Shown: in pieces, positions 1-9,189 of the stretch
Layout: each line of letters opens with the position of its first letter
Numbering within the stretch: position 1 is the first letter of the stretch
Assembly: GCA_963813075.1 (NCBI GenBank)
Contig: CAWEXU010000008.1
Span: 1-15,264 of the forward strand
Length of the DNA: 15,264 bases
Source: Methanotrichaceae archaeon
GTDB lineage: Archaea > Halobacteriota > Methanosarcinia > Methanotrichales > Methanotrichaceae
Direction of reading: 5' to 3'
Program-made: the position numbers and the translations under genes
The notes under the pieces: generated by a model
What the model was told of the DNA's origin: nothing
Databases searched by the model: none
Seen by the model: the letters and a program-made list of their open reading frames with translations, nothing else

Positions 1-756
1 GCCTCTTCGGATTCTGTCTCGGTCTCATTCTGCGATTCATTCTCTGCGGTCAGCTCATCAGTTGATTGTTCATTGGTTACATTTTCGGCTGCCGCAGTGG
101 AGGCATCAGCCGCAGAATCAGTGGCTGAAACTACCGTTCCTGCTGCAACGTCCTCTGGAGGAGTGACAACCTCGCTTGCGGATCCACCGGAGGAGGTGCC
201 GGAGCTGGTAGCTTCTGCTGGGGTTGTTGCAGCGCTATCGGTGCTCGCATCTGCGGCGATAGTATCCTGAGAGATCTGGTCTGGAGTGATGATGTCATTA
301 GATGCTGGAGTGGTGGGCGCTCCCGCTAGACTCCTGCTGAGAGGCACTGCTGGTCTGTTCAGCTGGGGGAGCGTTCTGCGAGCTTGATTCCGGTTGGGCA
401 GGCGCAGAAGAGCTCACCTGTGATGTTGTTACAGTTGCTGCTGCAGGAGCGGTAGCCGCTTGGAGTTGCAGGCGCTGCCGAGGCAGATGACGCCTGGGCT
501 GCGGATTGATCTGATGCAGCAGCACCAGTCGGAGTGCTGCTTTTGGCTTCCCAGGTTTCAACCCGATGTTTCGTTTAGACAGTGTTTCTGCTGAAATCGA
601 CGATTCCTGTGCACTGCTTCCTGAAAGCAGGCTATGGCTTATGCTTGGGGCTGCCCCGCTTGATGATTCAGAGGCTTGCGCCAATACATCTGCTGGCAGA
701 GCTGCAGCTAAAACTATGAGAAGCAGACAAACTCCACCGATCCTGACATAGTCCAT
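1..756 (-). CDS. Secreted/surface Ser/Thr/Ala/Glu-rich low-complexity protein, apparently frameshifted (4 single-base insertions), 3' end beyond window
   Basis: Signal-peptide-like N-terminus (MDYVRIGGVCLLLIVLAAALPADVLAQA). Removing one base from each of the runs at 574-576, 562-564, 460-461 and 315-317 gives a continuous S/T/A/E-rich frame (...LSNETSVETWEAKSSTPTGAAASDQ...SATTPASNDIITPDQ...ENESQNETETESEE) open to position 1. Confidence 0.65.
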
Positions 757-973
757 GGATATCCTCCCGTACCTGATGCTATATGCCTTTTATCCTAATC
801 AGACTTATTTATTGTTATTAGATTTATATTCCAATACATTAATTCAACGAGATCCCAGTCAATACCCTTATTTTGCTGATTTATGTTTTCTCTTTTGATC
901 TAATTACATGGCCTCAGATCTTAATGCCTTTTTTTTGTTATGCCCCTATTAAAGGATGGAAGGACGCTTCACA

Positions 974-981
974 TTTATAAA
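974..981. promoter_or_regulatory. Candidate archaeal TATA box (TTTATAAA, palindromic) in AT-rich divergent intergenic region
   Basis: Matches the TTTAWA consensus in the 757-1139 AT-rich spacer. A second candidate, TTTTATAT, lies near 1071-1078. Confidence 0.3.
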
Positions 982-1139
982 TCTGATTCCGAAAGGGGCA
1001 TATACAGCTTGAATTCATGTGGCAGGCAAGAGTTCAATGCAAGAGATCACATCTTCTCTATCCGTTGCTCTTTTATATCTTCAAGTGCTGGCTGACCAGA
1101 TTGGATATGATAATGATAGATGGATGACAGACAGGAGCG

Positions 1140-2189
1140 ATGATGGGCAAGGAGTTGGCAAAGGATATCAATCTCGGGGATATGCCCACAAAAGCAGCAG
1201 ATGATGCGGCAATCTCTGTAAGAGGCCTCACCAAGAGGTTTGGTGAGACGATCGCTGTAGACAATATAGACCTTCAGATCAGAAAGGGGGAGCTCTTCGG
1301 ACTTCTGGGCGCCAACGGTGCGGGAAAGAGCACCATTATCAAGATGCTGACCACCATGCTCACCCCCACCTCAGGCGAGGCCAGGGTCTGGGGCTACGAC
1401 ATCGTCCGGGAGAGGAACGAGGTGCGATCCTCTATCGGGGTCGTCTTTCAGGATCCTGCATTGGATGGCATGCTCACCGGTAGGGAGAACCTGGACTTTC
1501 ACGGCAGGATGTACGGAATGAACGCTGCCCTCAGAAAGGCCAGAATCGCCGATGTCCTGGAGCTGGTCGACCTGAAGGAGAAGGCAGACACCAAGATGCA
1601 GGACTACTCCGGTGGGATGAAACGCCGGCTGGAGATCGCCCGGGGGCTGATGCACCGCCCTCATGTCCTGTTTCTAGATGAGCCCACCATCGGCCTTGAT
1701 GCCCAAACCAGGCGATACATCTGGGAGTACATCGGCCGCATGAACAAAGAGATGAATGTGACCATGATCCTCACCACTCATTATATGGAGGAGGCGGACT
1801 ATCTGTGCGATCGGGTCGCCATCATGGACAGCGGCAGGATCGTGGCCCTGGACAGGCCGGAGAGCCTTAAGGATACCATCGGTTCGGATACCATAACCCT
1901 GATGACTGATAGCGGCGGGGACGCCCTCGTCCGGTCTTTGCAGTCATTCTCCTGGATCAAGTCCATCAGCTCGGATAATGGAAGCATCAAGCTTCATGTT
2001 GATCATGCTCAGTCCAGAATAGCAGAAGTGGTGCTGGAAGCGAGCAGGAACAATGCGGTCATAACCTCTGTCGGTCTGCACAAACCAACGCTGGAGGATG
2101 TATTCATCAAATACACTGGCAAGAAGATAAAAGAGAACGGCGGCAAAGATCGGGGTGCAGATATCGCTCTCCCCAGAGGCGGCAGATGA
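1140..2189 (+). CDS. ABC exporter ATP-binding subunit (DrrA-like multidrug type)
   Basis: Walker A GANGAGKST, Q-loop VFQD, signature YSGGMKRR, Walker B LFLDEPT, H-loop TTHY, C-terminal PTLEDVF. Confidence 0.95.
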   Translation: MMGKELAKDINLGDMPTKAADDAAISVRGLTKRFGETIAVDNIDLQIRKGELFGLLGANGAGKSTIIKMLTTMLTPTSGEARVWGYDIVRERNEVRSSIGVVFQDPALDGMLTGRENLDFHGRMYGMNAALRKARIADVLELVDLKEKADTKMQDYSGGMKRRLEIARGLMHRPHVLFLDEPTIGLDAQTRRYIWEYIGRMNKEMNVTMILTTHYMEEADYLCDRVAIMDSGRIVALDRPESLKDTIGSDTITLMTDSGGDALVRSLQSFSWIKSISSDNGSIKLHVDHAQSRIAEVVLEASRNNAVITSVGLHKPTLEDVFIKYTGKKIKENGGKDRGADIALPRGGR

Positions 2190-2971
2190 TCGCAGATAAG
2201 GTCAAAGGCGATCTGTACGCCATCTATAGCATCTGGCTTCGGGAGATGCTGCGCTTCTTCCGGCTCAAGAGCCGGCTGTTCGGCTCGGTTGCTTCTCCAT
2301 TCTTCTTCCTGGCATTTCTGGGGATTGGCTTTAACAATATCGGCAGAATTCCTGGAATTCCCGAAGGAGTGAACTACATGAGCTTTCTCACCCCGGGAAT
2401 CATAGGCATGACCCTGCTCTTCTCGGCGACATTTGCCGGCCTATCTGTCCTCTGGGACCGGGAGTTTGGCTTCTTGAAGGAGATAATGGTCTCGCCGGTG
2501 AGCAGGATAGCGATAGTGTTGGGACGCACCGCTGGCGGCCTGACCACTGGCATTCTTCAGGCTTTGATCATAATGCTCTCGGGGATACTGCTGGGCATGG
2601 GCATTCCCAGCATCCAGGGGCTGATTCTATCCCTGGTCTTTATGATTCTCATAGCAACGACGTTCATCGGCCTGGGTCTGGCCTTTGCGTCCAAGATGGA
2701 GGATATGTCCGGATTCAGCCTGATCATGAACTTCCTGATATTCCCGCTCTTCTTCCTCTCCGGAGCGCTCTATCCCTTAGACCAGTTCCCGGAGATTATC
2801 AAGATCCTGGCTTATTTCAATCCCCTCACCTATGGTGTGGATGGACTGAGATACTGCCTGATAGGCATAAGCGCCTTCTCGCCCCTTACTGACTTTGCCG
2901 TTCTGGGGGTATGCTGTGCGGCAATGCTGTTCCTGGGAGCATATCTATTCGAGACCACTGAGGTGAACTGA
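2186..2971 (+). CDS. ABC-2 type permease (DrrB-like)
   Basis: About six hydrophobic segments, DREFGFLKEIMVSP motif, FLSGALYP and NPLTYGVD. ATGA overlap with the ATPase gene. Confidence 0.93.
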   Translation: MIADKVKGDLYAIYSIWLREMLRFFRLKSRLFGSVASPFFFLAFLGIGFNNIGRIPGIPEGVNYMSFLTPGIIGMTLLFSATFAGLSVLWDREFGFLKEIMVSPVSRIAIVLGRTAGGLTTGILQALIIMLSGILLGMGIPSIQGLILSLVFMILIATTFIGLGLAFASKMEDMSGFSLIMNFLIFPLFFLSGALYPLDQFPEIIKILAYFNPLTYGVDGLRYCLIGISAFSPLTDFAVLGVCCAAMLFLGAYLFETTEVN

Positions 2972-2975
2972 TCTG

Positions 2976-3021
2976 GATTAGTCAACCACTGCGTTCTGAA
3001 GGGCGCGGCAGTTGACTAATC
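2976..3021. repeat. Intergenic palindrome/hairpin between convergent genes
   Basis: Perfect 11-bp IR GATTAGTCAAC (2976-2986)/GTTGACTAATC (3011-3021) enclosing an inner GU-rich stem CTGCGTTC-TGAA-GGGCGCGG. Confidence 0.7.
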
Positions 3022-3048
3022 TATGCCGGGCTTGCATCTGTACCCAGC

Positions 3049-3669
3049 TTATGCGCGATAACCGATGTTGATCCGGCCGGCGTTGCTCTCCATGTCCAGA
3101 ACGCTGCTTTTGCTCGCGCTGTTCTGGCTTTCGGATGATGCCTTCGGACTTGTCATAATCTCCTTATATTTTGATATATTCCCCTTCGATCCCTGGGGAA
3201 TGGGATCCTCCCACCAGGCAGATGAGTTAAACTCATTATTGCCGTCCTCCGCAAGATCGGCATGGCCATCGTCCACTAGCATTCTGTTCACTGGAGGCCA
3301 TATCGGACGGTAGCGGGAATCTATGAGATAGATTACGCAGACCATCTGCCCCCATTCATTGCGGCCTAGAGTGCTGTTCTCATCGATATCGATATAAACG
3401 ATCTGATCCTTCAGCAATAGATCAGCCGCTTTTCGGGCCGCCTTTCCCTGCGGGGTCACTGTGGATGGAGCGGCAATATCCGCCAGCCTCACGCTGTCCA
3501 CCCCTGTAGTCCTGGGATCATTGATCACCATCTCTATTCCCAGTGAGTCTGCGCTGATCACGCTCACAATTCGCCCTACTGCTTCATCGGGGACGGCCAG
3601 AGCACCAGGATTAAACGCCTCAAAGATCACTATTATCATGATCGATAAAATTGCCAGCTTCAGATTCAT
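3049..3669 (-). CDS. Secreted thermonuclease (SNase-like) family protein
   Basis: Signal-like N-terminus. Motifs GRIVSVISADSL, VRLADIAAP, RNEWGQMVCVIY and VNRMLVDDGHA parallel the SNase motifs, though they are degenerate. Confidence 0.75.
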   Translation of the reverse strand: MNLKLAILSIMIIVIFEAFNPGALAVPDEAVGRIVSVISADSLGIEMVINDPRTTGVDSVRLADIAAPSTVTPQGKAARKAADLLLKDQIVYIDIDENSTLGRNEWGQMVCVIYLIDSRYRPIWPPVNRMLVDDGHADLAEDGNNEFNSSAWWEDPIPQGSKGNISKYKEIMTSPKASSESQNSASKSSVLDMESNAGRINIGYRA

Positions 3670-3777
3670 AGCAACCTCTGCATGATTTGCGATCTTGCCT
3701 CAACCATACAAGTATAAAGGATAAATCCTCTCCTCGACAGGATAGTATGAACAAGAGGAGTAGCTAGGAGAGATCGG

Positions 3778-4845
3778 ATGACAATCAAGGTGAGCATAGC
3801 GACATTCAACCTCATGAGCCTGGACGACCGGCCAGATAGAAGCCCCAGCCTGGATGAACGCATACCAGTCCTTCGGCCTCAGCTCATCCGATTGGACGCT
3901 GACATTCTCTGCCTGCAAGAGATCTGCGCCCAGCACGAGCGTAACGGGAGGCCTCGCCTGGAGGCTTTGGACCGCCTCTTAGAAGGAACTCCCTATGAGA
4001 GCTTCAATAGGGCCTCAACCGTGGACCGGGATGGAAATTACCTTAGCCATCACAATCTGGTCATCCTCAGCCGTTTCGATATCATGGAGCAGCATCAATA
4101 TCAGCATGAGTATGCCCCCTCGCCGAGCTACAAGAAGGTCACTGCCCTGCCCGAGGAGCTGGAGGCACGGGAGATCTCCTGGGAGAGGCCCATTCTCCAC
4201 GCAAAGGTCAGGCTGCCTAATGGAGCGGTTCTGGATGTGATCAACCTGCACCTCAAATCCCGCCGGCCGACCAACATCCAGGGTCATAAGCTGAGCGAGA
4301 GAACCTGGAAGACGGCATTCGGCTGGGCAGAAGGGGTCTTCATATCCAGCATGAAACGCATTGGCCAGGCTCTTGAGACTCGCATTCTGATAGACAATCT
4401 TTTCGATGACAATCGCTGTGCTCTCATTGCCGTCTGCGGGGATTTCAACGAGGAGTTCGATGAGGTCTCCATAGAGGCTATCCGGGGTGACGTGGAGAAC
4501 ACGGGGAACATGGACCTGGCCATGAGGGTCATGGTGCCAACAGAGAGAAACATTCCCGAGCCCGCACGCTATTCTCTTCTGCATAACGGCAAGGGCAAGA
4601 TGCTGGACCATATTCTGGTATCAAGGACGATGCTCGCCTTCTTCAAGGGCTCTGAGGTGCACAACGAGCTCTTGCATGATGAATCCATAGTCTTTGCTCC
4701 CAAGATCTTCTATCCCGAGTCCGATCATGCCCCGGTGATCGCCCGCTTTGAGCTGCCGGAATCGGATATTAGATGGTCCACCACGACAAGCGTCTTGAGA
4801 AGGGAGAGAGGCAGAGACAAGAGCCATCGATCAAGATACAAGTAA
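3778..4845 (+). CDS. Endonuclease/exonuclease/phosphatase (EEP) family protein
   Basis: ATFNL, DILCLQE, HLKS, GDFN, LDHIL and SDHAP motifs. GGAG upstream of the start. Confidence 0.92.
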   Translation: MTIKVSIATFNLMSLDDRPDRSPSLDERIPVLRPQLIRLDADILCLQEICAQHERNGRPRLEALDRLLEGTPYESFNRASTVDRDGNYLSHHNLVILSRFDIMEQHQYQHEYAPSPSYKKVTALPEELEAREISWERPILHAKVRLPNGAVLDVINLHLKSRRPTNIQGHKLSERTWKTAFGWAEGVFISSMKRIGQALETRILIDNLFDDNRCALIAVCGDFNEEFDEVSIEAIRGDVENTGNMDLAMRVMVPTERNIPEPARYSLLHNGKGKMLDHILVSRTMLAFFKGSEVHNELLHDESIVFAPKIFYPESDHAPVIARFELPESDIRWSTTTSVLRRERGRDKSHRSRYK

Positions 4846-4861
4846 GATTGATAAAAATAAT

Positions 4862-5704
4862 ATGAGCAAAAAGAGCGGCGGGATCCTGCCTTTCAGGTTT
4901 CAGGACAATCATCTTGAGGTCTTGCTCGTCCATCCCGGTGGGCCCTTGTGGGCGGGGAAGGACGAGGGAGCCTGGTCGATATCCAAAGGCCTTTTCGAGG
5001 AGAACGAGAGCCCCCTGGATGCGGCGAAAAGGGAGTTTAAGGAAGAGACGGGCTTTGAGGTTGATGGGGTTTTCATAGAGCTGGGAAGGATAAAGCAGCC
5101 CAGCGGGAAGATCGTTTTTGTCTGGGCGGTGGAAAAGAACCTGGATGAGAGGAGGATTGTGAGCAATAAGTTCATGCTTGAGTGGCCCAGGAGATCGGGG
5201 ATAATGCGGGAGTTTCCCGAGATCGACAGAGCAGACTGGTTTGAAATAGAGTCTGCCCGGAAAAAGATCCTCAAAGGACAGCAGGGTTTCATCGACCGGC
5301 TGCTGCATGCCCTGGATCACCATATGTGCATCATCCCGAAATTGATCAGGATGAGTTCATCTCTCAAGAGCGCTCTTGACCTTCACCACCAGTTCTTCTT
5401 TCACCGCACTCCTGCGGTCTCCCCCGCAGACGATGCCCCGCACGCCGATGATGTCCGGCTGCAGGCGCAAGAGCGTTTCCAGATGAGGAAATCCGATGCT
5501 GCCAGCCAGGGCAACCTCCAGATCATTGCTATGGCCAAGCTCAATGAAATCCGCCAAGTCCTTCTCGCCCATGAAGTCGAATGTCGGCTTTCCATCCTTT
5601 ATGGCGGTGTCCACCATCACCACATCTGCCCCTGCCTCAGAGGCGGCTGCGGGCAGGAGCATGGGAGATATGCTTCCAACACGAAGGTAGTCAGAGTAGC
5701 CTGA
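4862..5704 (+). CDS. NUDIX hydrolase (domain ~aa 1-150) with anomalous C-terminal read-through antisense to mfnB
   Basis: LLVHPGGP..W, Nudix box KG...AAKREFKEETG, FPEIDRADWF. Residues after ~155 look non-homologous. Confidence 0.85.
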   Translation: MSKKSGGILPFRFQDNHLEVLLVHPGGPLWAGKDEGAWSISKGLFEENESPLDAAKREFKEETGFEVDGVFIELGRIKQPSGKIVFVWAVEKNLDERRIVSNKFMLEWPRRSGIMREFPEIDRADWFEIESARKKILKGQQGFIDRLLHALDHHMCIIPKLIRMSSSLKSALDLHHQFFFHRTPAVSPADDAPHADDVRLQAQERFQMRKSDAASQGNLQIIAMAKLNEIRQVLLAHEVECRLSILYGGVHHHHICPCLRGGCGQEHGRYASNTKVVRVA

Positions 5705-6061
5705 AGCCACCACCTTCTTCTTTGGATCGAGGTCTTTTACCGCTCGTACGATGGCTTTGAGCATCTCCTCTGCCTGATCACATGTTTTCACTCCCAATAG
5801 GCCCGCTTTGACGTAATCCGCGCCTGAGGACGCTGCGCCCAAAGCTGCCAGGCTCGCTGTTCCCGGCTTGAACTCCATGTCGCCGATGGTCGCACTTACC
5901 GGCACCTTGCCTCTTGCCAGGTCTGCTACCGAGCGTATGACCCAGGGGAAGTTCGCACCTAGGGATCCCTCTTTGGGGTTCTTCACATCCAAAATATCAG
6001 CGCCGCCCGCCAGTGCAGCATGCGCCTCTTCCATGTTCATGGGGCTGACCAATAATCTCAT
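5357..6061 (-). CDS. mfnB: (5-formylfuran-3-yl)methyl phosphate synthase (4-HFC-P synthase), methanofuran biosynthesis
   Basis: MRLLVSP, GGADILDVKNPKEGSLGANFPWVI, VSATIGD, DYVKAG, MVDTAIKDGK, ALAGS and DIIGVRG, all typical of MfnB/DUF556. Confidence 0.93.
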   Translation of the reverse strand: MRLLVSPMNMEEAHAALAGGADILDVKNPKEGSLGANFPWVIRSVADLARGKVPVSATIGDMEFKPGTASLAALGAASSGADYVKAGLLGVKTCDQAEEMLKAIVRAVKDLDPKKKVVASGYSDYLRVGSISPMLLPAAASEAGADVVMVDTAIKDGKPTFDFMGEKDLADFIELGHSNDLEVALAGSIGFPHLETLLRLQPDIIGVRGIVCGGDRRSAVKEELVVKVKSALER

Positions 6062-6087
6062 ATTCTCTCAATCCCGATTGGGCAAAT

Positions 6088-6777
6088 GTGAAATGCATCT
6101 TCGTCTTCGATATACTTAATGGTGCTGTTGTTCATGCCCTGCGGGGAGAGCGCAGCCGCTATAAGCCTGTTGCTGAATTCAGCCAGGTAATAGAATCCTC
6201 CGACCCCCTGCTGATTATGGATGAGCTTCGGCCGGTTCAGGTATATGTAGCAGACCTGGATATGATCATGGGCCGGGGAAATAATATGGAGCTGATCCAG
6301 GAGATATCCAAGCGGGCAAAGACAATGGCGGACACTGGCGCCTCTAGATCAAGCGATCTGGATCTCCTTCCTCCATCCGTTATCCCGGTTCTGGGGACGG
6401 AGACGGCCTCCATCTCCCTGATAGAGGAGGTCTCAGGCCGAAGGAGGACGATAGCCAGCCTGGATATGTCGAAGCGCAGGGTCCTGTCAAGGGATAAGGC
6501 CATGGCGGATCGTAGCCCTCTGGAGGTTCTGGAGGAGCTGAATCATATCGACCTGGAGGGAGTGATAATCATGGAGCTAGATCGGATAGGGACCTGTGCC
6601 GGTCTGGATGGGGAGTTTTTAGAGAAAGCCAGGGCTCGAAGCCGCCATCCTCTGATCCTGGGGGGTGGGGTAAAGGATGAGATGGATCTGGAGGCTCTGG
6701 AAAAGGTCGGCTTTTCCGGGGCTTTGGTGGCCACGGCGGTTCATAATGGAATGATTCCTCGGAAAAGGATACAGTGA
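6088..6777 (+). CDS. HisA/HisF-related TIM-barrel protein
   Basis: IFVFDILNGAVVHA..GERSRY.P, YVADLD, DRIGT..G, GGGVKD..DL and GALVATAVH. Confidence 0.88.
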   Translation: MKCIFVFDILNGAVVHALRGERSRYKPVAEFSQVIESSDPLLIMDELRPVQVYVADLDMIMGRGNNMELIQEISKRAKTMADTGASRSSDLDLLPPSVIPVLGTETASISLIEEVSGRRRTIASLDMSKRRVLSRDKAMADRSPLEVLEELNHIDLEGVIIMELDRIGTCAGLDGEFLEKARARSRHPLILGGGVKDEMDLEALEKVGFSGALVATAVHNGMIPRKRIQ

Positions 6778-6950
6778 AAGAAGTGACTGCTCCCCGCCCT
6801 AAAGAGCAGGGCTTCCACGGCTTCCTGTGCCGACAGATTGCAATCCCAATCTGAGAATATTTATCGCTGCGTTCCAATCCCGGTCCATCGACAGCCCGCA
6901 CTGAGTGCAGTTATGGACTCTATCGGACAGCGACTTTTCAATGAGAGTAC
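6765..6950 (-). ncRNA. Putative TnpB omega/reRNA of element #1 (boundaries approximate)
   Basis: TnpB reRNAs are known to overlap the tnpB 3' end and right end. The scaffold would end at TCAC (6783), with the guide from the flank TTCTTTCACTGTATCC. Confidence 0.5.
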
Positions 6951-7905
6951 CACACCTGGAACACATCTTAGACGTATTCCTTGGATCTACCAGGACCACC
7001 ACCGAACCGGCACTTGCAGCCTTGTAAGAGGTTAAAGTCACTAGCATGTTCCAAGCTACGTCTGAGATGCTTTTAGCCAGGCAATGATTATGAACCATGC
7101 CTTTGATGTTAAGATCTTCAAAAGCTATTAGACCAAATCTATCTACCAAGTTATGACTAACCTGATGGGCAAACTCATATCGCTTGTTAGCTATCCGCTC
7201 ATGGACTCGCTCAACAACCTTAAGAGCTTTCTTGCGATCTGGAGTTCCTTTAGGAGCCTTAGAGAGTTTCCTTTGGGCTCTAGCTAACTCGTGTTCTTCT
7301 TCTCGGAAGAATCGAGGATTAGCTATCGTCTCACCATTGGAAAAGGTGGCGAAGCTCTCAAGGCCGACATCAATACCTACTACAGCCCCATCTTTCCAGG
7401 GGGGGAGAGGAACATCTTCAGTTTCGACGGAGAAGCATGCAAACCATTTGCCTGTGGCTGTCCTTCTGACGGTCAGCCGTTTGATCTTGCCTTCTATCTG
7501 GCGATGGAGCTTGATCTTGATATCGCCTATCTTGGGAAGACGTACCATGCCGTTAACAAGATTGCCGCCCTTCTCAGGTTGTGGATAAGTAAATGAATCG
7601 TACCAACCCTTCCCTCGGAATCTGGGATATCCGGGTTCTTCTCCCGCCTTAACCCTTCTGAAAAAGGCTTTAAAGGCTAGATCTACCCGCTCCTGAACAT
7701 TCTGAAGGGTCTGAGCATATACGTCTCTCAGTTCGGGTTTATCCTCTTTCCAACCAGGAAGAAGAGCGTTCGTTTCATATTTGGAAACCGATTTGCCTTC
7801 ATTCTCCCAGGCGTTCTTTCTGTATGCTAGAGTCTGGTTGTATGTCCATCGGCACAAGTCCAGCGTTCGCTCCATCTTGGTTATCTGTGACTTCACATGA
7901 AAAAC

Positions 7906-7938
7906 TTAAAAAAACAAGATGCTGCGGTTCAACCGCAT
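7906..7938 (-). terminator. Hairpin + T-tract at end of IS110 recombinase
   Basis: Minus strand TGCGGT-TGA-ACCGCA, then GCATCTTGTTTTTTT. Confidence 0.4.
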
Positions 7939-9182
7939 CCCTCCTTCAAATCTTTCTCCACCAAGTATCCTGCCTGACTGATGATTTTTATCATCTCGTC
8001 GATATCCATCATGCTTATGGGCGAAACAGAGCTGGGTATTTTTGGTTTGGTTTTCTTGACCTCTGGCTCTTGATAATTCTCGTGATTCATAAGCAAATGA
8101 TAGAGAATGCAGAGCACTTTTCTGGCCAGCGCAACGGCTGCAATATTCTTCTTTCCGCACCTTGCCAAGATCCTCTGGAAGAATCTCTTTAACTTTGAAT
8201 TCTTCTTGGTCCTTGATATGGCTTTTGCAACTTCCACCAAGATCCTTCGCATATGCTTAGATCCCGTCTTAGTGATCTTCCCAGTTCGCAGCTTGCCTGC
8301 CGATTGGTAGACCGAAGGCACAATGCCGAAGTACTTTGCCATCTTATCCGCACTCGAAAAGTCCCTGTAATCTCCCATTTCTGCAATAATGGTAGCTGCC
8401 GAAATGAATCCAACGCCTGGCACGGATAAAGCAATTTTCAAATCCTCTTCGAAGGGTTTGACTTTTATGGCGATCTCAGCTTCCAGAATTTTTATCTTCT
8501 TACTGATATCATCTATGACATCAAGATTTGCCTTGATCAAAAATACCTGGACGGGATCTATTCCATTCCTAATGGCTTCTCTGAGTTCGTCCTCCTTTTT
8601 CCGAACCCTCTTCGAAGGTATTCCAGATATGATCTGATCGATCGTCTTTCCTTCCAGAAGCCTATCAATGATATATCTTCCAGATTTGCCAAAAGAGTCG
8701 GATATGACTGAGGAGAGCTTGATGCAGCAGGTCGAAAGTAATTGATGAATCTGGTTCTTGACTTTGGACCTTGCATTGACCAGTGTCTCACGAGCACGAG
8801 TTATGCTTCTTAGATCTCGGTAATCCTTCGGATAGATTCTGGAGGGCGTGATGAGATTATTGAGACAATATATCGCGATTCGTTCCGAGTCGAGTTTATC
8901 GGTTTTCTTGTGCTCAATATTCCGGATCTGATATGCATTGGCCAGGATAAATTCGACATGACCTTCCAGAATGGTGAAGATAGGATACCAAAAACCTCCC
9001 GTGGATTCTACAGCCAGCCTCTGGCATCTGTGGTTTAAAATCCAGGATCTAAATGCCAAGAGGCCATCTTGGTTCATATTAAAACGTTCTTGGAGCTTCA
9101 ATCCACTCCGGGATATCATTGTAGCAATAAGAAAATCCCTGTGGATATCCGCTCCGCAAACTATTTCCTTATCCGAGTCCAT
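7929..9182 (-). CDS. IS110 DEDD recombinase/transposase (~417 aa, start MDSDKEIVCGADIH)
   Basis: DEDD RuvC-like residues GADIH, AVESTG and KTDKLD. SVPGVG motif, Tnp domain GIVPSVYQSAGK with the catalytic Ser, and AVALARK. Confidence 0.95.
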   Translation of the reverse strand: MDSDKEIVCGADIHRDFLIATMISRSGLKLQERFNMNQDGLLAFRSWILNHRCQRLAVESTGGFWYPIFTILEGHVEFILANAYQIRNIEHKKTDKLDSERIAIYCLNNLITPSRIYPKDYRDLRSITRARETLVNARSKVKNQIHQLLSTCCIKLSSVISDSFGKSGRYIIDRLLEGKTIDQIISGIPSKRVRKKEDELREAIRNGIDPVQVFLIKANLDVIDDISKKIKILEAEIAIKVKPFEEDLKIALSVPGVGFISAATIIAEMGDYRDFSSADKMAKYFGIVPSVYQSAGKLRTGKITKTGSKHMRRILVEVAKAISRTKKNSKLKRFFQRILARCGKKNIAAVALARKVLCILYHLLMNHENYQEPEVKKTKPKIPSSVSPISMMDIDEMIKIISQAGYLVEKDLKEGCG

Positions 9183-9189
9183 CGTCTCA

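Noticed and set aside
3049..5320. SNase-like + EEP + NUDIX cluster as a defence system
   Set aside because: Divergent orientation, common stand-alone families and no defence hallmarks.
7891..7893. CTT as a 3-bp target site duplication
   Set aside because: IS110s typically recombine through a shared core, and both guides contain it. Better read as a core, though one locus cannot formally exclude a TSD.
7894..7896. GTG start for a 365-aa TnpB
   Set aside because: The GTG belongs to the IS110 end. The true start is at 9441.
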